Below are positions 40,534-52,406 of a stretch of 64,000 nt of DNA, in pieces; positions within the stretch are counted from its first letter, which is position 1; the number at the start of each line of letters is the position of its first letter. A program made the position numbers and the translations under genes. The notes beneath the pieces are model-generated. The model saw only the letters and a list, made by a program, of their open reading frames with translations. It did no database searches and was not told the origin of the DNA. The stretch comes from Balanoglossus misakiensis. Lineage: Eukaryota; Animalia; Hemichordata. Location: positions 10,502,731-10,566,730 of the forward strand of contig CM082592.2 in NCBI GenBank assembly GCA_040954595.2, given 5' to 3'.

Positions 40534-43500
40534 ATGAATCCGGTACAAGAGATCAAGTTCATAGTACTGATCGTTATCGTCATCTTGAAAGGTAAGTTTT
40601 TAAAGGGACACAGTGGCCCACTTAATTGATTATTTTAGTTTATTCTAAAAAATTGTTTGCGTTGTTCCGTTCATTGAAGTTTGGTCAATCGCTGGTTATA
40701 ACAAGTTACAACTGTGTTTAAGAATACGTTACTGGGCAGAAAAACGTATATAACCCATGCAAAGAAACTAAACTGACCAAATATTGTGAAAAGTGAGCGT
40801 CTTTGTGCCATGAAACCTTGAACTGCCTATAGTAGACATAAAGCGTATGTATCCGCAAGGTAAACTAACAGCTTTCAAGATCGATGGTCTTTTAGTGATT
40901 CAAGACCGGACATATCAGCAAAACTCTTCGATATAAAATAATATAACTTTCATACTAGAATCATCTGTAATTGTATTAATAATAATGCATAGCATAAAAT
41001 AATTATTTACAAACGAAGTATTAATAATGTTAGATTCAAGCATCTCTGTATAATATTAATAGACACGGTGCAATGACTCAATCAACATCACATCCTATTC
41101 TCAGTAGAGTTTCGTAATTAATTCAGACCCTCCATCGAATTAAAAATTTTTCTACCTCTGGCACAGTATGTTTTATGACATGCTTAAGGTCACAAAATAC
41201 CACTCCATCATCTTCAGCAATTGTTTATGTCTGTGAATACAATTCCCTGTGTCCTTTAGCCCTAATTTATGAATTGCTGCCAAGGAAATAGTTAACTTTA
41301 ATAGTAAATCATTCCTTTCAATTACGAGGTTACTATTAATATAGCGCTGAAATTAATTATTCATAAGTTGCATATTTCTACACATAGAACACTACTTGCA
41401 AATATAAGGAAATGGCAGGTTGGTGGAGACAGTTGTGTGGATAGAGTCGCTATTATTGGCTTGTATTAATATAGAGAGACGATAAACGGTTGATGCGCCA
41501 AATTATTTATGTCAGTCACCTCATCGTCTACGAAATATATTTACAGTAAAAAATGTTAATTTAGTAGTAGCGAAAATATGACTTCTTGGCAACAAAATTA
41601 AAATGACGATGAAGTATTGCAAGGTGTGTAGTGTTTCAGATTGCTGACATTTTAATTACCCATGTGTCAATTTTTCCAGTGAACCGAGCTGACGGCGAAA
41701 ATGGATCCGATCTGATCAAAGATCTGATGACCAATTATCCGGGACAATTACGTCCAGTCAGGAACCGATCGAACACAGTTGTCATTGAACACAGAATGAC
41801 ACCAAGGCAAATTATTGAAATGGTAAGCGACAGTGTAATATATCCGTCTTTGAGTAAGGGTGCAGTCTGTATAGGCTGTATAGACTAGACATCATGCTTG
41901 TGCCTGTTCGAGTCATTACTCATTAAATGCCAAAACCTATTTCGTTCAAAGTAGGCATCTCAGTGAAGAAGTTCAAAAATTAAAATAATTAGGAAATATG
42001 GATATTGCATTACTAATTCCACAACGTATTCCATTTTCAGGATGAAAAGAATCAAATTATTGTTCTGAAGACTTGGCTCAGTGAGGTAATTATTTTTTAA
42101 CAGAATTCACCACATGATGAAATTGCTTGTTTCAAAAACCTATCAACCAAGACGTCTAGTATGATTTACCAGTTGTGTTTCTACCAAGGAAATGAGGACA
42201 AGGAAGTCATTCACAATTTATATACATCAGTAGAATTGCTGATGGTTGGTTTGAAAAAAAAGTGAAAATCTAATTTTCATGATTTACTATTTTTACATAT
42301 AAGCTTCACACTAAAAGCTACTAGTATATTTCAATTCATGATTCTCCTAATTTGAACAGAAGTGGACGGATGAATACATGCGCTGGGATCCTCAAGACTA
42401 TGGCGACATCGAAGAGATCCGTATTCAAGCTGATAAGCTTTGGCTGCCGGATATCATTCTCCTGGGCAGGTTGGTGATAACAGTTCAGTTCTGTTCTCAG
42501 AATTACTGTCACGTGAATTGCTCTGTTGGATTTCACAGTCACGTGATTTCAGAATCGGGATCAATGAAACTGAATTGTGCCATCCAAACACGAACGCTGA
42601 TAGGAAATCGTTCAACAGAACACACCATTTACGATCATGACCACGTGAGTGTGTAAATATGAGGGGAAATTGGGGGACGGGAATCTCATTTCAGCTCATA
42701 TGCGATTCATTTTAATCTATTCTCATCTTTCAGTGTCAGCCATGTTTATCAACAGCAACTAACCCCGGAACTTATAGTCACGTATGAAGGCCTGGTGACC
42801 AGAATGGCGCCAATGGTGTTCTACGCAACCTGTCCCATCGACCCGGCATATTTCCCGTTCGACGATCAGATGTGCGAATTGACCTTCATGTCGTGGAGTT
42901 ACAATGGTAAGCTCCTGGATCTTGTGAAAGACCCGGCCACCAACATAGACAGCTTCAAATCAAGCAGCGAGTGGAACCTGCTGAATATATCCGTTGCTAA
43001 GGAGTGGATGTTTGCGCCATGTTGTCCGGACGCCTACCCTTTGATTATATACAGACTCCACCTGAAGCGGCGCTCGCTATTCTATGTATTCAACATCGTC
43101 TTCCCGTCATTCCTAGCGTGTATTCTCGTTGCGGTCGGTTTTATTTTGCCCTCAGACTCTGGTGAGAGGGTTACTCTGTGCATCACAAGCGTGTTGGTAG
43201 AATTCGTTTTTCTCGAAACAACCTCGGATTACATGCCGCCGAACTCGGAAAACCTTCCGATTATTCGTAAGTATCTTGGATTTGTGGTTTGTGTAACGTG
43301 GGGGAGGGAGGGAGGGAGGGAGATATTAATGTTTAACGGGTGAAATTTGTCATCTAATTCATGTTAAAATAACTGGATTTTGTTCATGTTTTCCATTTTA
43401 CAGAGATGTATCTATTAAGCACCATTGGCATCGTCGTTTTCTCCGTTTTGATGACCGCAGTTTCACTGAGATTCCACTTCAAGGGACCCGGATGTAAACC

Positions 43501-43930
43501 CGTGCCACCGTGGTTGCATCAGCTCATATTCAAGTTCATTGCGCCTCTTGTGTGCGTCCAGTCGGAATTCCCGAGGAAGACGCGGTCAAGTTCACGTCAC
43601 CAGTCGCCCTTGAGGCGCAAGAATGCAATCAGGGCGGTCAAGTACAGACTGATCGGACCCCGCCTTCCAAAGTACCAGAACACGCCAACACGCATCGTGT
43701 GGCTGGTGGGAGATAACTCGTACGAACACAACAACATGGACAAGATGGACACCAACAACGAAATGCCGAACTCCCAACAGTGGCAAGAAGTCGCTAAAGT
43801 CATTGACAGGTTCTACTTCGTCATCTATTTGCTGACCATTGGTATTTTGATCTCAAAATTCGTAATTACTGTCATTGTACAGAGCGGCAAGGAACACCAT
43901 GGAAACTTCAATTCTACTGGAATTTCGTAA
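40534..43930 (+). CDS. Nicotinic acetylcholine receptor-like Cys-loop subunit 2 (alpha-type, vicinal CC)
   Basis: Exons 40534-40591 (signal peptide MNPVQEIKFIVLIVIVILK), 41680-41822, 42041-42085, 42360-42469, 42734-43266, 43404-43930. WLPDI, CPIDPAYFPFDDQMC, FMSWSY, APCCPDAYP, LPSDSGERVTL, QWQEVAKVIDR. Confidence 0.93.
40604..41255. mobile_element. Putative non-autonomous TTAA-targeting (T2/Kolobok-like) MITE remnant
   Basis: Left TTAA|AGGGACACAG, right CTGTGTCCT|TTAG: near-perfect short TIRs and a TTAA-like TSD, no ORF. Lies in intron 1 of receptor subunit 2. Confidence 0.5.
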
Positions 43931-46035
43931 ATGGCCAGTCGTCAAGTAGGGTGTTGCTTTTGATGACACACGTGTGTGACAGACAGACAGGCAGGCAGAC
44001 CAACAGGATAGCTGGCAGGCGAAGGCAAACACCGTATTACTCAGCTTGAATGCAGCATCTCAAACCATGTAACACATAATTGAACAAACACACTGATGGC
44101 CAAACCTATGCGAATCCCTTTTTGCACAATTTGTCACTCACAAATTAAAACTCACAATTTATCTCTCACCACAGACTACCCTTTGCGATACAAGTAATTT
44201 AAATGTCAAAAAGTAATACATATATGATTGATATACGAGTTTCTACTTATCTAAGGTGTTGCGATTCGGATTCGATTGATTTAGAGAACAATTTAGCAGA
44301 ACATACTATAGGCAGATATTGTATCCCTCAAAACCAACAAACACACAAGTACACGAGTGTAGTCTTGTTGTTTTGCTTGAATCGCATTAAACTATTCTGA
44401 AATTAATATCTTTGTTGAGTGTGAATTATAGCAGGACACTGACTATGTCCCCTACGTTCTAACTCAAGGAGCTTGTTGCCCTGGGAGATACTATATTCAT
44501 CATTGTTGTCTGCATGTCTACCTGTGGGGGTGATGCTCACTGGGACTTGAATATATGGCCAGCGTGTGAATCAATGAAATACTGTACGTGCAAAACAAAG
44601 TGGTAATTTCAAACGCATATAAAGACAAATGCCATGTCAGACTTTAAGTACAGCACAGGGAGTGTGACTTGTTCATGTCTTGTATTCGGCTGAACAAGAT
44701 AAATTATATCTGAACAGACGGGAATTGAGAATTTATGTATCCGGCAGAATACAGCACAGTTGGAAGGAATCAATCAAACTGATATATCCCTAGCAGAAAA
44801 TATTTGTTTTCGCGAGTGAACCCCCCGAGATCATGATCGATGAGATACGGGGTTAGGGTAAGGATTCGGGCGGAGTCTACTTGGTTATACCACTATTCTT
44901 AATTTGGCGAGATCAAAATGAAGCTGAAAATTACGTTTACGAAGCAACAGGATGAGGGCTCACCTTTGCGAAGTTTCTTCTTTCTTTCTTTTGTGGTCCA
45001 TCGGTCCATCCATGAATGAGTGGCGCCATCACAATTCCAGTTCAGCAGCTTTCAAGGACTCCGCGACTTCTGGCAACGTTTCACTCCTCCTGAAGTTAGG
45101 CCTTGTACGTTCGGGAAGTTTTCACGTCAAACACATCTTCGCCTGCCAAGGTCTCGCTCTGTGGTCGAGCGGACGATATGTATGGCAATGGCAGTATCAG
45201 TCAACCCGAAGAACGCAGAGCGACCACAGAACGACGACGTCTCTTCCTCCATGTTCTCGAATAAAATGAAGCAAGCATGCTCCCAATGGAAATCGGCCAA
45301 CACCTGTTTCCTATTTTCGACCAATCACAAATAGTCTCTAATATTCAAATTAAAAAGGTGCTTGGACACGTCACCGCTTATTATCATAAGTTATACTTTA
45401 CAGCAAATGTTAAGTTATACATTCCCATCGACTTTATTTGAAATTGAATTTGTCCTCTATAATACTGTACATCTACAACTGTGTGGCTATGGTACCATGA
45501 TTCTTTTTAATAGGCAACTCAGAAATACATTCCACATATTAAATACAACTACTGCCAAATAATACCTGTGGATCGAATAGGGAAATACAACATTACTGTA
45601 TTGTCAACAGAAAGGTCAACAAGTCCGCATTTTGACGCGAAGTCTTGGTGACTTCGTCTCTTATCAGGTTGCCAGTTAACTATCACGAAACTCACACGAT
45701 CAGGTGCTTGAGGTTACAGACAGGGTCACACGCCCATAAACTCATTGTCACGTCGGCTTGGTCGTTATTGTGGCGCTGATAAACGTATGGGCCACACACT
45801 TATCCAACTGTGACTAGGCCAGGTAAGTGCTGCTTCTGAAAAGCGTTGCTCCTAAACGTCCATGTGTATTGCGACCGAACCGGTTCACATGAAATAGCCA
45901 TATTTAGGTTTCAGTATAGCCCCTGTCTCTCCCATGGTCTGAGACACCTGAAACCGAACGCCGAAAGAAATAGACCGTTTAATGTAATCATGGTTATAAC
46001 TCATATTTTATGTGTAGTAGATTTAACAGCGCACT

Positions 46036-47367
46036 ATGGGAACTGAAGAGAAAAACATAAAAGTCTACACCAACCCAGTTGGATATTACGCAGTAAGGGT
46101 AGGAATCCATCAACGTTCTTTTTCCCCGGATTTTTGCTACAATCAAAATAACAACAGATACATCCAATAGCAAATATCATTCTTTTATGTTACCCGAAAT
46201 ATATTCTTAAAACGCAGGCGATACTAGCCCTGGAGTACAAAGGAATTCCCTTTGACGAAACTGTTCTGAAAACAATGAATTTTGAGCATCTGGAACCGTG
46301 GTTCATGGAACTCAGTCCTCGAGGGAAAATACCGGTCTTAGTGCATGGTGAAATGGTTATTTCTGACTCGAGGCAGATTTTGGAATATCTGGACTCGACA
46401 TTTCCAGAATGTAAGTACATTGAACGAGGACAGAGCGCAGTTGGGATTCGGGAGTAGCCAACCAACCAAACAACTAACAAGCAAGCAAACGAACTGTAAT
46501 GACTGTGTTCACATGTATGTGCACTGTCTTATCACGTGACATCTCTCTGCGATTCTTACAGCGAAAAAGATTCATCCTGACAGAGATTCGCCGGACTGGC
46601 AACGAGTTCAAGACTTTCAAAACTTTATCGACAGTTTCTACATGGGATTTTTGATAGGTGGCTGCCACATGTACCCAGGCTATGTTCCGGAAACTGGCCT
46701 TTTGGACCGTCGTTTTTGTCAACTAGTCCAGCAATGTAAGCTTACCTCTTATTCCGACTTCATGTAGTGTTTCATCGAGGTCATGTATGTGGAAGTCGTG
46801 TGATACAATCTATGCTAAACCTTATAAGTCTCGTTTTAGATCACCGGGATGTTCCTCTTAACGCCAAGAAAATGGCAGAAAAACGTCCCGATATGAAGGA
46901 AATCTATGACGCCAAAGCGAAAAATGCGTCGAATGTGGATCCCTCAGAGGAAGAATTCAAAACTCTTCTTGGACAAATACAAAGTATCTGTGACTTTGCT
47001 GAGAGTGAACTGACGAAATCCAAGGACAGCGGTGGGTTAGATATATATTCTAGAAACGTATCGTGAACAGTTCTTGCACAGAGGTCATTGACTTCTGTCA
47101 TAGTGTTACCATTGGTACTAAATGCTGTAATGTTTTCCTTTTGTGGGACGATTGTGCATTTTCAGAGCTGAATTTTCAGTTGGTGATATTTACTTGATAG
47201 TGTTTCTGAAGATGCTGAGCTTTCTTGGATTCAACCCGTACTGGTGCAATGAAAACCATTCTCATCTCAGGCGATACTTCAACGACATACAAGATATCCC
47301 TTGTGTTAAGAAAGTCTTGGATGAATATGAGAATCGTTTGATCACCGCTAGAGGGCGACTTGGATAG
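46036..47367 (+). CDS. Glutathione S-transferase, GDAP1-like, without C-terminal membrane anchor
   Basis: About 5 exons. MGTEEKNIKVYTNPVGYYAVR|AILALEYKGIPF..EHLEPWFMELSPRGKIPVLVHGEMVISDSRQILEYLDSTFP (GST-N, GDAP1-like EHxEPWFM); GST-C EFSVGDIYL..LRRYF. 5' UTR donor at ~45822. Confidence 0.85.
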
Positions 47368-49110
47368 TAACATTTATAGGAATGACGTCTCGCTGACAAA
47401 GGCATGTAAGAAAAAGTGAAAGTTCCAACTGGATTATTGGATTTGCCAGGTGGTGAAAATGCAAACAAACACACAAACAAACAGGTGGTTTGTGAACAGG
47501 AGAAACAGCTGTAGGCTATGGGTCAAATCGGTGAACTATACATCTGTGGTTTCTATTATTAAATGTACGTGCCAGCGCAAACAAAAAACAACATCGTAAA
47601 AAAATATGATTAATATACCAAAAATAATTTCACTTTAGTTGTAGTTATATATGAACAGCATAAAGGATCGTGGAGAACACAAACTGAATAAAAATCCAGT
47701 CAATTTTTAAGTTTTTTTGTGTGTGACACCATTTTAAAATACTCCATTTTGGGCTACGTTTCTCAGAAAAATGCAAGATGGTGATTTATTTTGGTTATGT
47801 TCTTTCAAATGTTTCTGAGCCATGGTGAAACGCACTTCCAAAGTATAAGTAACCAACTTTGAAGCTGCTTACCAACAATTATTTTGATAAATCATCAAAT
47901 CTTGAATCTAGTATCCAAACATGAGTCTATAACCGGTTTCATGATTACCTGTGCATATATTATGCAAATACCGCAGACAAAGGATGACCAAAGGAGACCT
48001 CAGGCCCCAGACATTGATATCATCAATTTACAATCCCATTTACAAGTATAATGTAGACGGTATCCCTAGCTTTTCGACAAATTACACTACAGGTGACCGA
48101 CGGACAAGCAACAGGGTTTTCTGATTGTTTCTCGGCAACTCAGTCGCAAAGGTTAGTGAGAACTAGTTATGGCTCTTTTCACAATCGAAGAGACTACACC
48201 ACCATTGGGTCGGTGATGATATATGTTCTGAGGATCAATTATTGGCAATGGTTAGGGTTGAAAAGGCTGGCAAAACTGACGAACGGCCTCCCCATTATGT
48301 ACAGCTTTGCAACGAGACAATATCTCATAAAATGCATATTCAGAAAGTTACCAATAATTTATGAAACGGGAAAGGATTTCTTCGACTCGATCGACTGAAA
48401 TATAATGCAATTTTTTTCTCACAAATTAACGGAAAATCGAAAATTTCTTTTGGCTGAAATTAATTGAAATTATCTGTGTGCATGTGACGCAGTTTCAAAA
48501 CTACGGCAGATAATACTCATATCATAGCAGCTAATGGCATGATCGTCTAGTCAAATGTTTACACCAATTTAATGGAATGAAATCTATTTATAATTGCACC
48601 ACCAAAATACATGACTCAAATACGGATCACGGGCAGGGCTCTGTGATACTTGCGAATCATAAGAACTCTCAAAGTATTCCAATCTCATATCCCAGGAAAA
48701 CATTTAAAATGAAGAATTCCATACATTACTTCCTAAAATTGATTACAGAGATTTCTCATGGGATATCAACGAACCGCATTAGAGTTTATCTGGATCAGGT
48801 GTTTCATTTGACCGTATGCTTTGCCTCAATTAGAGATATGATCAATCGTGATACTCAAATTACACGTACCACAGAACTCAGTCGCGCATTACGTAAATTT
48901 CGTGTTTTTCCCCCTTTTAGCCTACTGCAGAGCTGCCATTTTGACGAACTCGACGTGTTTGCTCCGATGTGATGCCGAAATGCCCCCCCACGAAACTATC
49001 ATTCCGATTTATTCGTTTTACAGAATTGAAGACCTCGTCGTATCTATCAAATTCAACAGAAACCTTCAATACAGGCCGGAAAAAACACAGATAACGTATT
49101 AAACTTATGA

Positions 49111-49467
49111 ATGAAGATGGCTGCAGCGCTGAGACATCTAACAACTACCATCTTTGTCGAAATATTGGTTATTCAACTTCAAGGTGAGTTCAATACCTAT
49201 TCCAATTTTACGTCTTAGTGTCGGTCAAAAGTGTGAAGAATTCATTTATAATACATGCATAGTGATAGATAAAAATACAAAACGTTTTGTTTTATTTCCA
49301 GGTCCAAATTTTGCTCTAGCCTCAAACTCCACAGCGTCGGTAGTAAACGACCTTCTTGACTCGTATCCCAGGTATATCAGACCTGTCAAAAACGACTCAG
49401 TTATCAGCGTCATCGAACACAGAATGACACCAGTACAGTTGATTGAAATGGTAAGTTGTGCCGAGTC

Positions 49468-49544
<77 letters not shown>

Positions 49545-51699
49545 CGTATTATGAAACAGGGTATTATGTAACAGGGTATAATTTCGAAATCTGAATTGTT
49601 ATGCTGATGATTCGATTCCGCTTCACTCGTTGCCATTTTTTTTCATTCCAGGATGAAAGAAACCAAATCATTTCCCTTAAATGCTGGTTGAGTCAGGTAA
49701 GTGACCAGGTTTGGTTGTCAGGTTTCAATACAACTCGAATAGTTCCGTGATCGCACTCTATGCCACGTGATCTATGCATTGTATAACCATTATTCAGACC
49801 TTCTGGCCAACATTCCTGATAATAATAACTATTCTTGATTCAGATCTGGTATGATGACTATCTGACGTGGGATCCTCGTCTCTATGACAACACCACAGAA
49901 ATCAGAATACCTATCTCCAATATCTGGCAGCCAGATGTAACGCTAGCCCAGAGGTAGGGTTTTCTTGTGAATGGATTAACGTTGGATATGATCTAATGAA
50001 GCCTAATTTGTTCTGGATATACAATACACACAATTGCAAGGATATTCTTTTCGACGAGTTTGATGAATGGAAGGTATAGTGAATGTTTACCTATCTTCGT
50101 TTGCAGTGTTAGCCTTAATGTACAGAGGCATTTCGACACGGACGTGATCATTTCGAACACTGGTCAAGTGACGGCGCTACAACCATTCGTGTTTGAAGCC
50201 ACGTGTACCATCGACTCCACATACTTCCCTTTCGATGAACAGAAATGCGAACTGACCTTCACTGCATTAGTGAGCCCGGCCAATCTGCTAATCATCGAAC
50301 CTGACCCAGCCAGCAGTATGGACAACTTTGTCAGTAACGGCGAGTGGAAGCTGGTTGCAATGGCGGTCAGGAAACGCTTTGGCTATGACGTTGTCTGCCG
50401 GTCGAATTTCTCTGAAGTGTCCTACGTGATTCACCTGAAGCGGCGCTCTCTCTTTTATATTCTGAACATCATGTTCCCTTTCTTCTTGACCTGCGCACTG
50501 GTGGCCGTATCGTTCTACCTGCCATCCGAGTCAGGAGAGAGGATAACCCTTTGTATAACCAGCATATTAGCACAATTTGTATTTCTGGAGATAATAACCC
50601 AACACATGCCACCGAATTCACAAAGTGTCGCTTATGTCCGTAAGTATGACGTAACTCATTAATCATGCATACACTTTCATGACCCCTGGGTGACCCCAGC
50701 GCGACACTTGAGACCGTGATTGTATATACATGCACATTTAATGTTAAATGTGTTGCTGAAATTGGAAGAAATTCGCGTGTTTTTTAGTTTTATCAAATGA
50801 CTAATAATTTGTTGTGGTGACGTGGAAGATTTATTTTGTCTGGTCAATTACGTAGACATATGTTGAATACGTGTACAAGCTGTGTCAATAAGTGCAATTG
50901 GGCAAAGTTTGTTTTCTGTATTACACTGGGAATATGGTCGTTAGGTCGTTAATTTCACCCGTTTCTAGACCTGATCGAAGTAAATTTCAAATTCTCTTTA
51001 CAACTATATTACCGCAGACACTTGTCGCCATCTCAACTGTTCTTAATAATAAGACTGGTAAGCTAATGGACTGTGTCGGAAACTTGTCATTGAATAATTT
51101 AGATATTCACCTTAGGGATTATTTATGTGTCTGGGTTTTTTTCTTTTCCAAGTCTAAATGATCTTCTTTCATCTTTTTCTCCAGAGAAGTATTTCTTCGG
51201 CTCCATTGGAGGAGTCGCTATCTCGGCTCTCTTCACAGCTTTCACCTTGAACATCCATTTTCAACCTCATAATTGTGACCCCGTGCCTGATTGGTTGAAG
51301 GTACTCATGTTCCGCTACTGCGCACCAATAGTCTGCCTCAACACATCGCAGAGAAGAAACGGACAGCCGAAGAAGGCACGCAGAAGAAGCTACGGGGATC
51401 ACCAGAGGTTGGGTGGATTATGTACAAACTGTAGAAATTCCTTCAAGAAAAAACCCGTTGTTCAGGTTGCCGCAGAAAACGTACTAGAATTGGTATGCGT
51501 AGGAAATGGCGGCGAGCGGGAAAATTTCCCTGCCATCCCAGACAAGAACGACATGCAGATATTGGCAGAATGGCGAAGGGTAGCAAAGATCATGGACAGA
51601 TTATATTTGCTGATTTATCTCGTGACCATTATCAGTATGATAGTTGGTTTTACAATCACGCTTCAGAAAAACGGACCGAATCAAATGCACGATGCATGA
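49111..51699 (+). CDS. Nicotinic acetylcholine receptor-like Cys-loop subunit 3 (non-alpha, no vicinal CC)
   Basis: Exons 49111-49183, 49302-49450, ~49652-49696, ~49844-49952, ~50107-50639, 51185-51699. WQPDV, CTIDSTYFPFDEQKC, LPSESGERITL, EWRRVAKIMDR; same six-exon layout and phases as subunits 1 and 2. Confidence 0.92.
49468..49545. repeat. (AAC)n microsatellite, intronic
   Basis: About 25 AAC units just after the exon 2 donor of subunit 3. Confidence 0.95.
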
Positions 51700-52406
51700 A
51701 AGAAACAAATATTCAAATTAGAAATGACCGTTCCTTCTTGCACGTTAAGAAACTACTTTGATTATTAAGGTCTGTCTCGGTAGAGAGCTTTGAGTAGTAC
51801 ACACAACTGTATTTCCAATAGCAAATGTTTCAAAATAAATAAATTGTAAATGTAGTAATTATTATTTACCATGCCCGGTTGTACTGTGATCATATTGCCC
51901 CTTTCCTTAAATAGATTTGATCAAATAAATTCGATTCAAATTCATATCAGTCTCACTCTTTTCCACATTTGACAGAATTTGTAATAAAATAGAAATATAA
52001 GGGATAGATGTCAGACCTTTCTTTTCATATATATATATTCATCTATAAGTTAGTTTGGAAAGTTGATATATGTTGGGATCAAAACTATTCGGTTGCCTAG
52101 AAACCAAGCATGTCACAGCCTCTGACGCGTTGTTGCTGAATTTGTCAACTGTTCATCGGATTGATGGGTAGGCGGCCGGATGTTAACCACTGAATACAAA
52201 TCAGCCAGTCACGCGACAACTGAAACCGTATGCAGCATAGGCTGGAGTACTCCGTATTTACAAAGAGTTTAGATTTTAGTTTAAATCTCTGTTCATTTAC
52301 TATTGACATATTGCCGGTGTCATAGAATGATAACTCGGGTTCTTTCCCAGAGGCTTTGCTGTATCCAAACCGAGCTATGCATTCTACGTGTAAATGGTCA
52401 AGTCGA

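Noticed and set aside
44952-45334. Two ~105-aa plus-strand ORFs
   Set aside because: No protein-family signal; explained by local GC richness. Splice evidence points to the minus strand.
47630-48900. Possible degraded non-autonomous DNA transposon between the GST and subunit 3
   Set aside because: Texture is suggestive but no convincing TIRs or TSD could be identified by eye.
49154-49594. 146-aa ORF with a poly-Thr tract
   Set aside because: Read-through of exon 2 of receptor subunit 3 into an intronic (AAC)n microsatellite; the donor at 49450 precedes the repeat.
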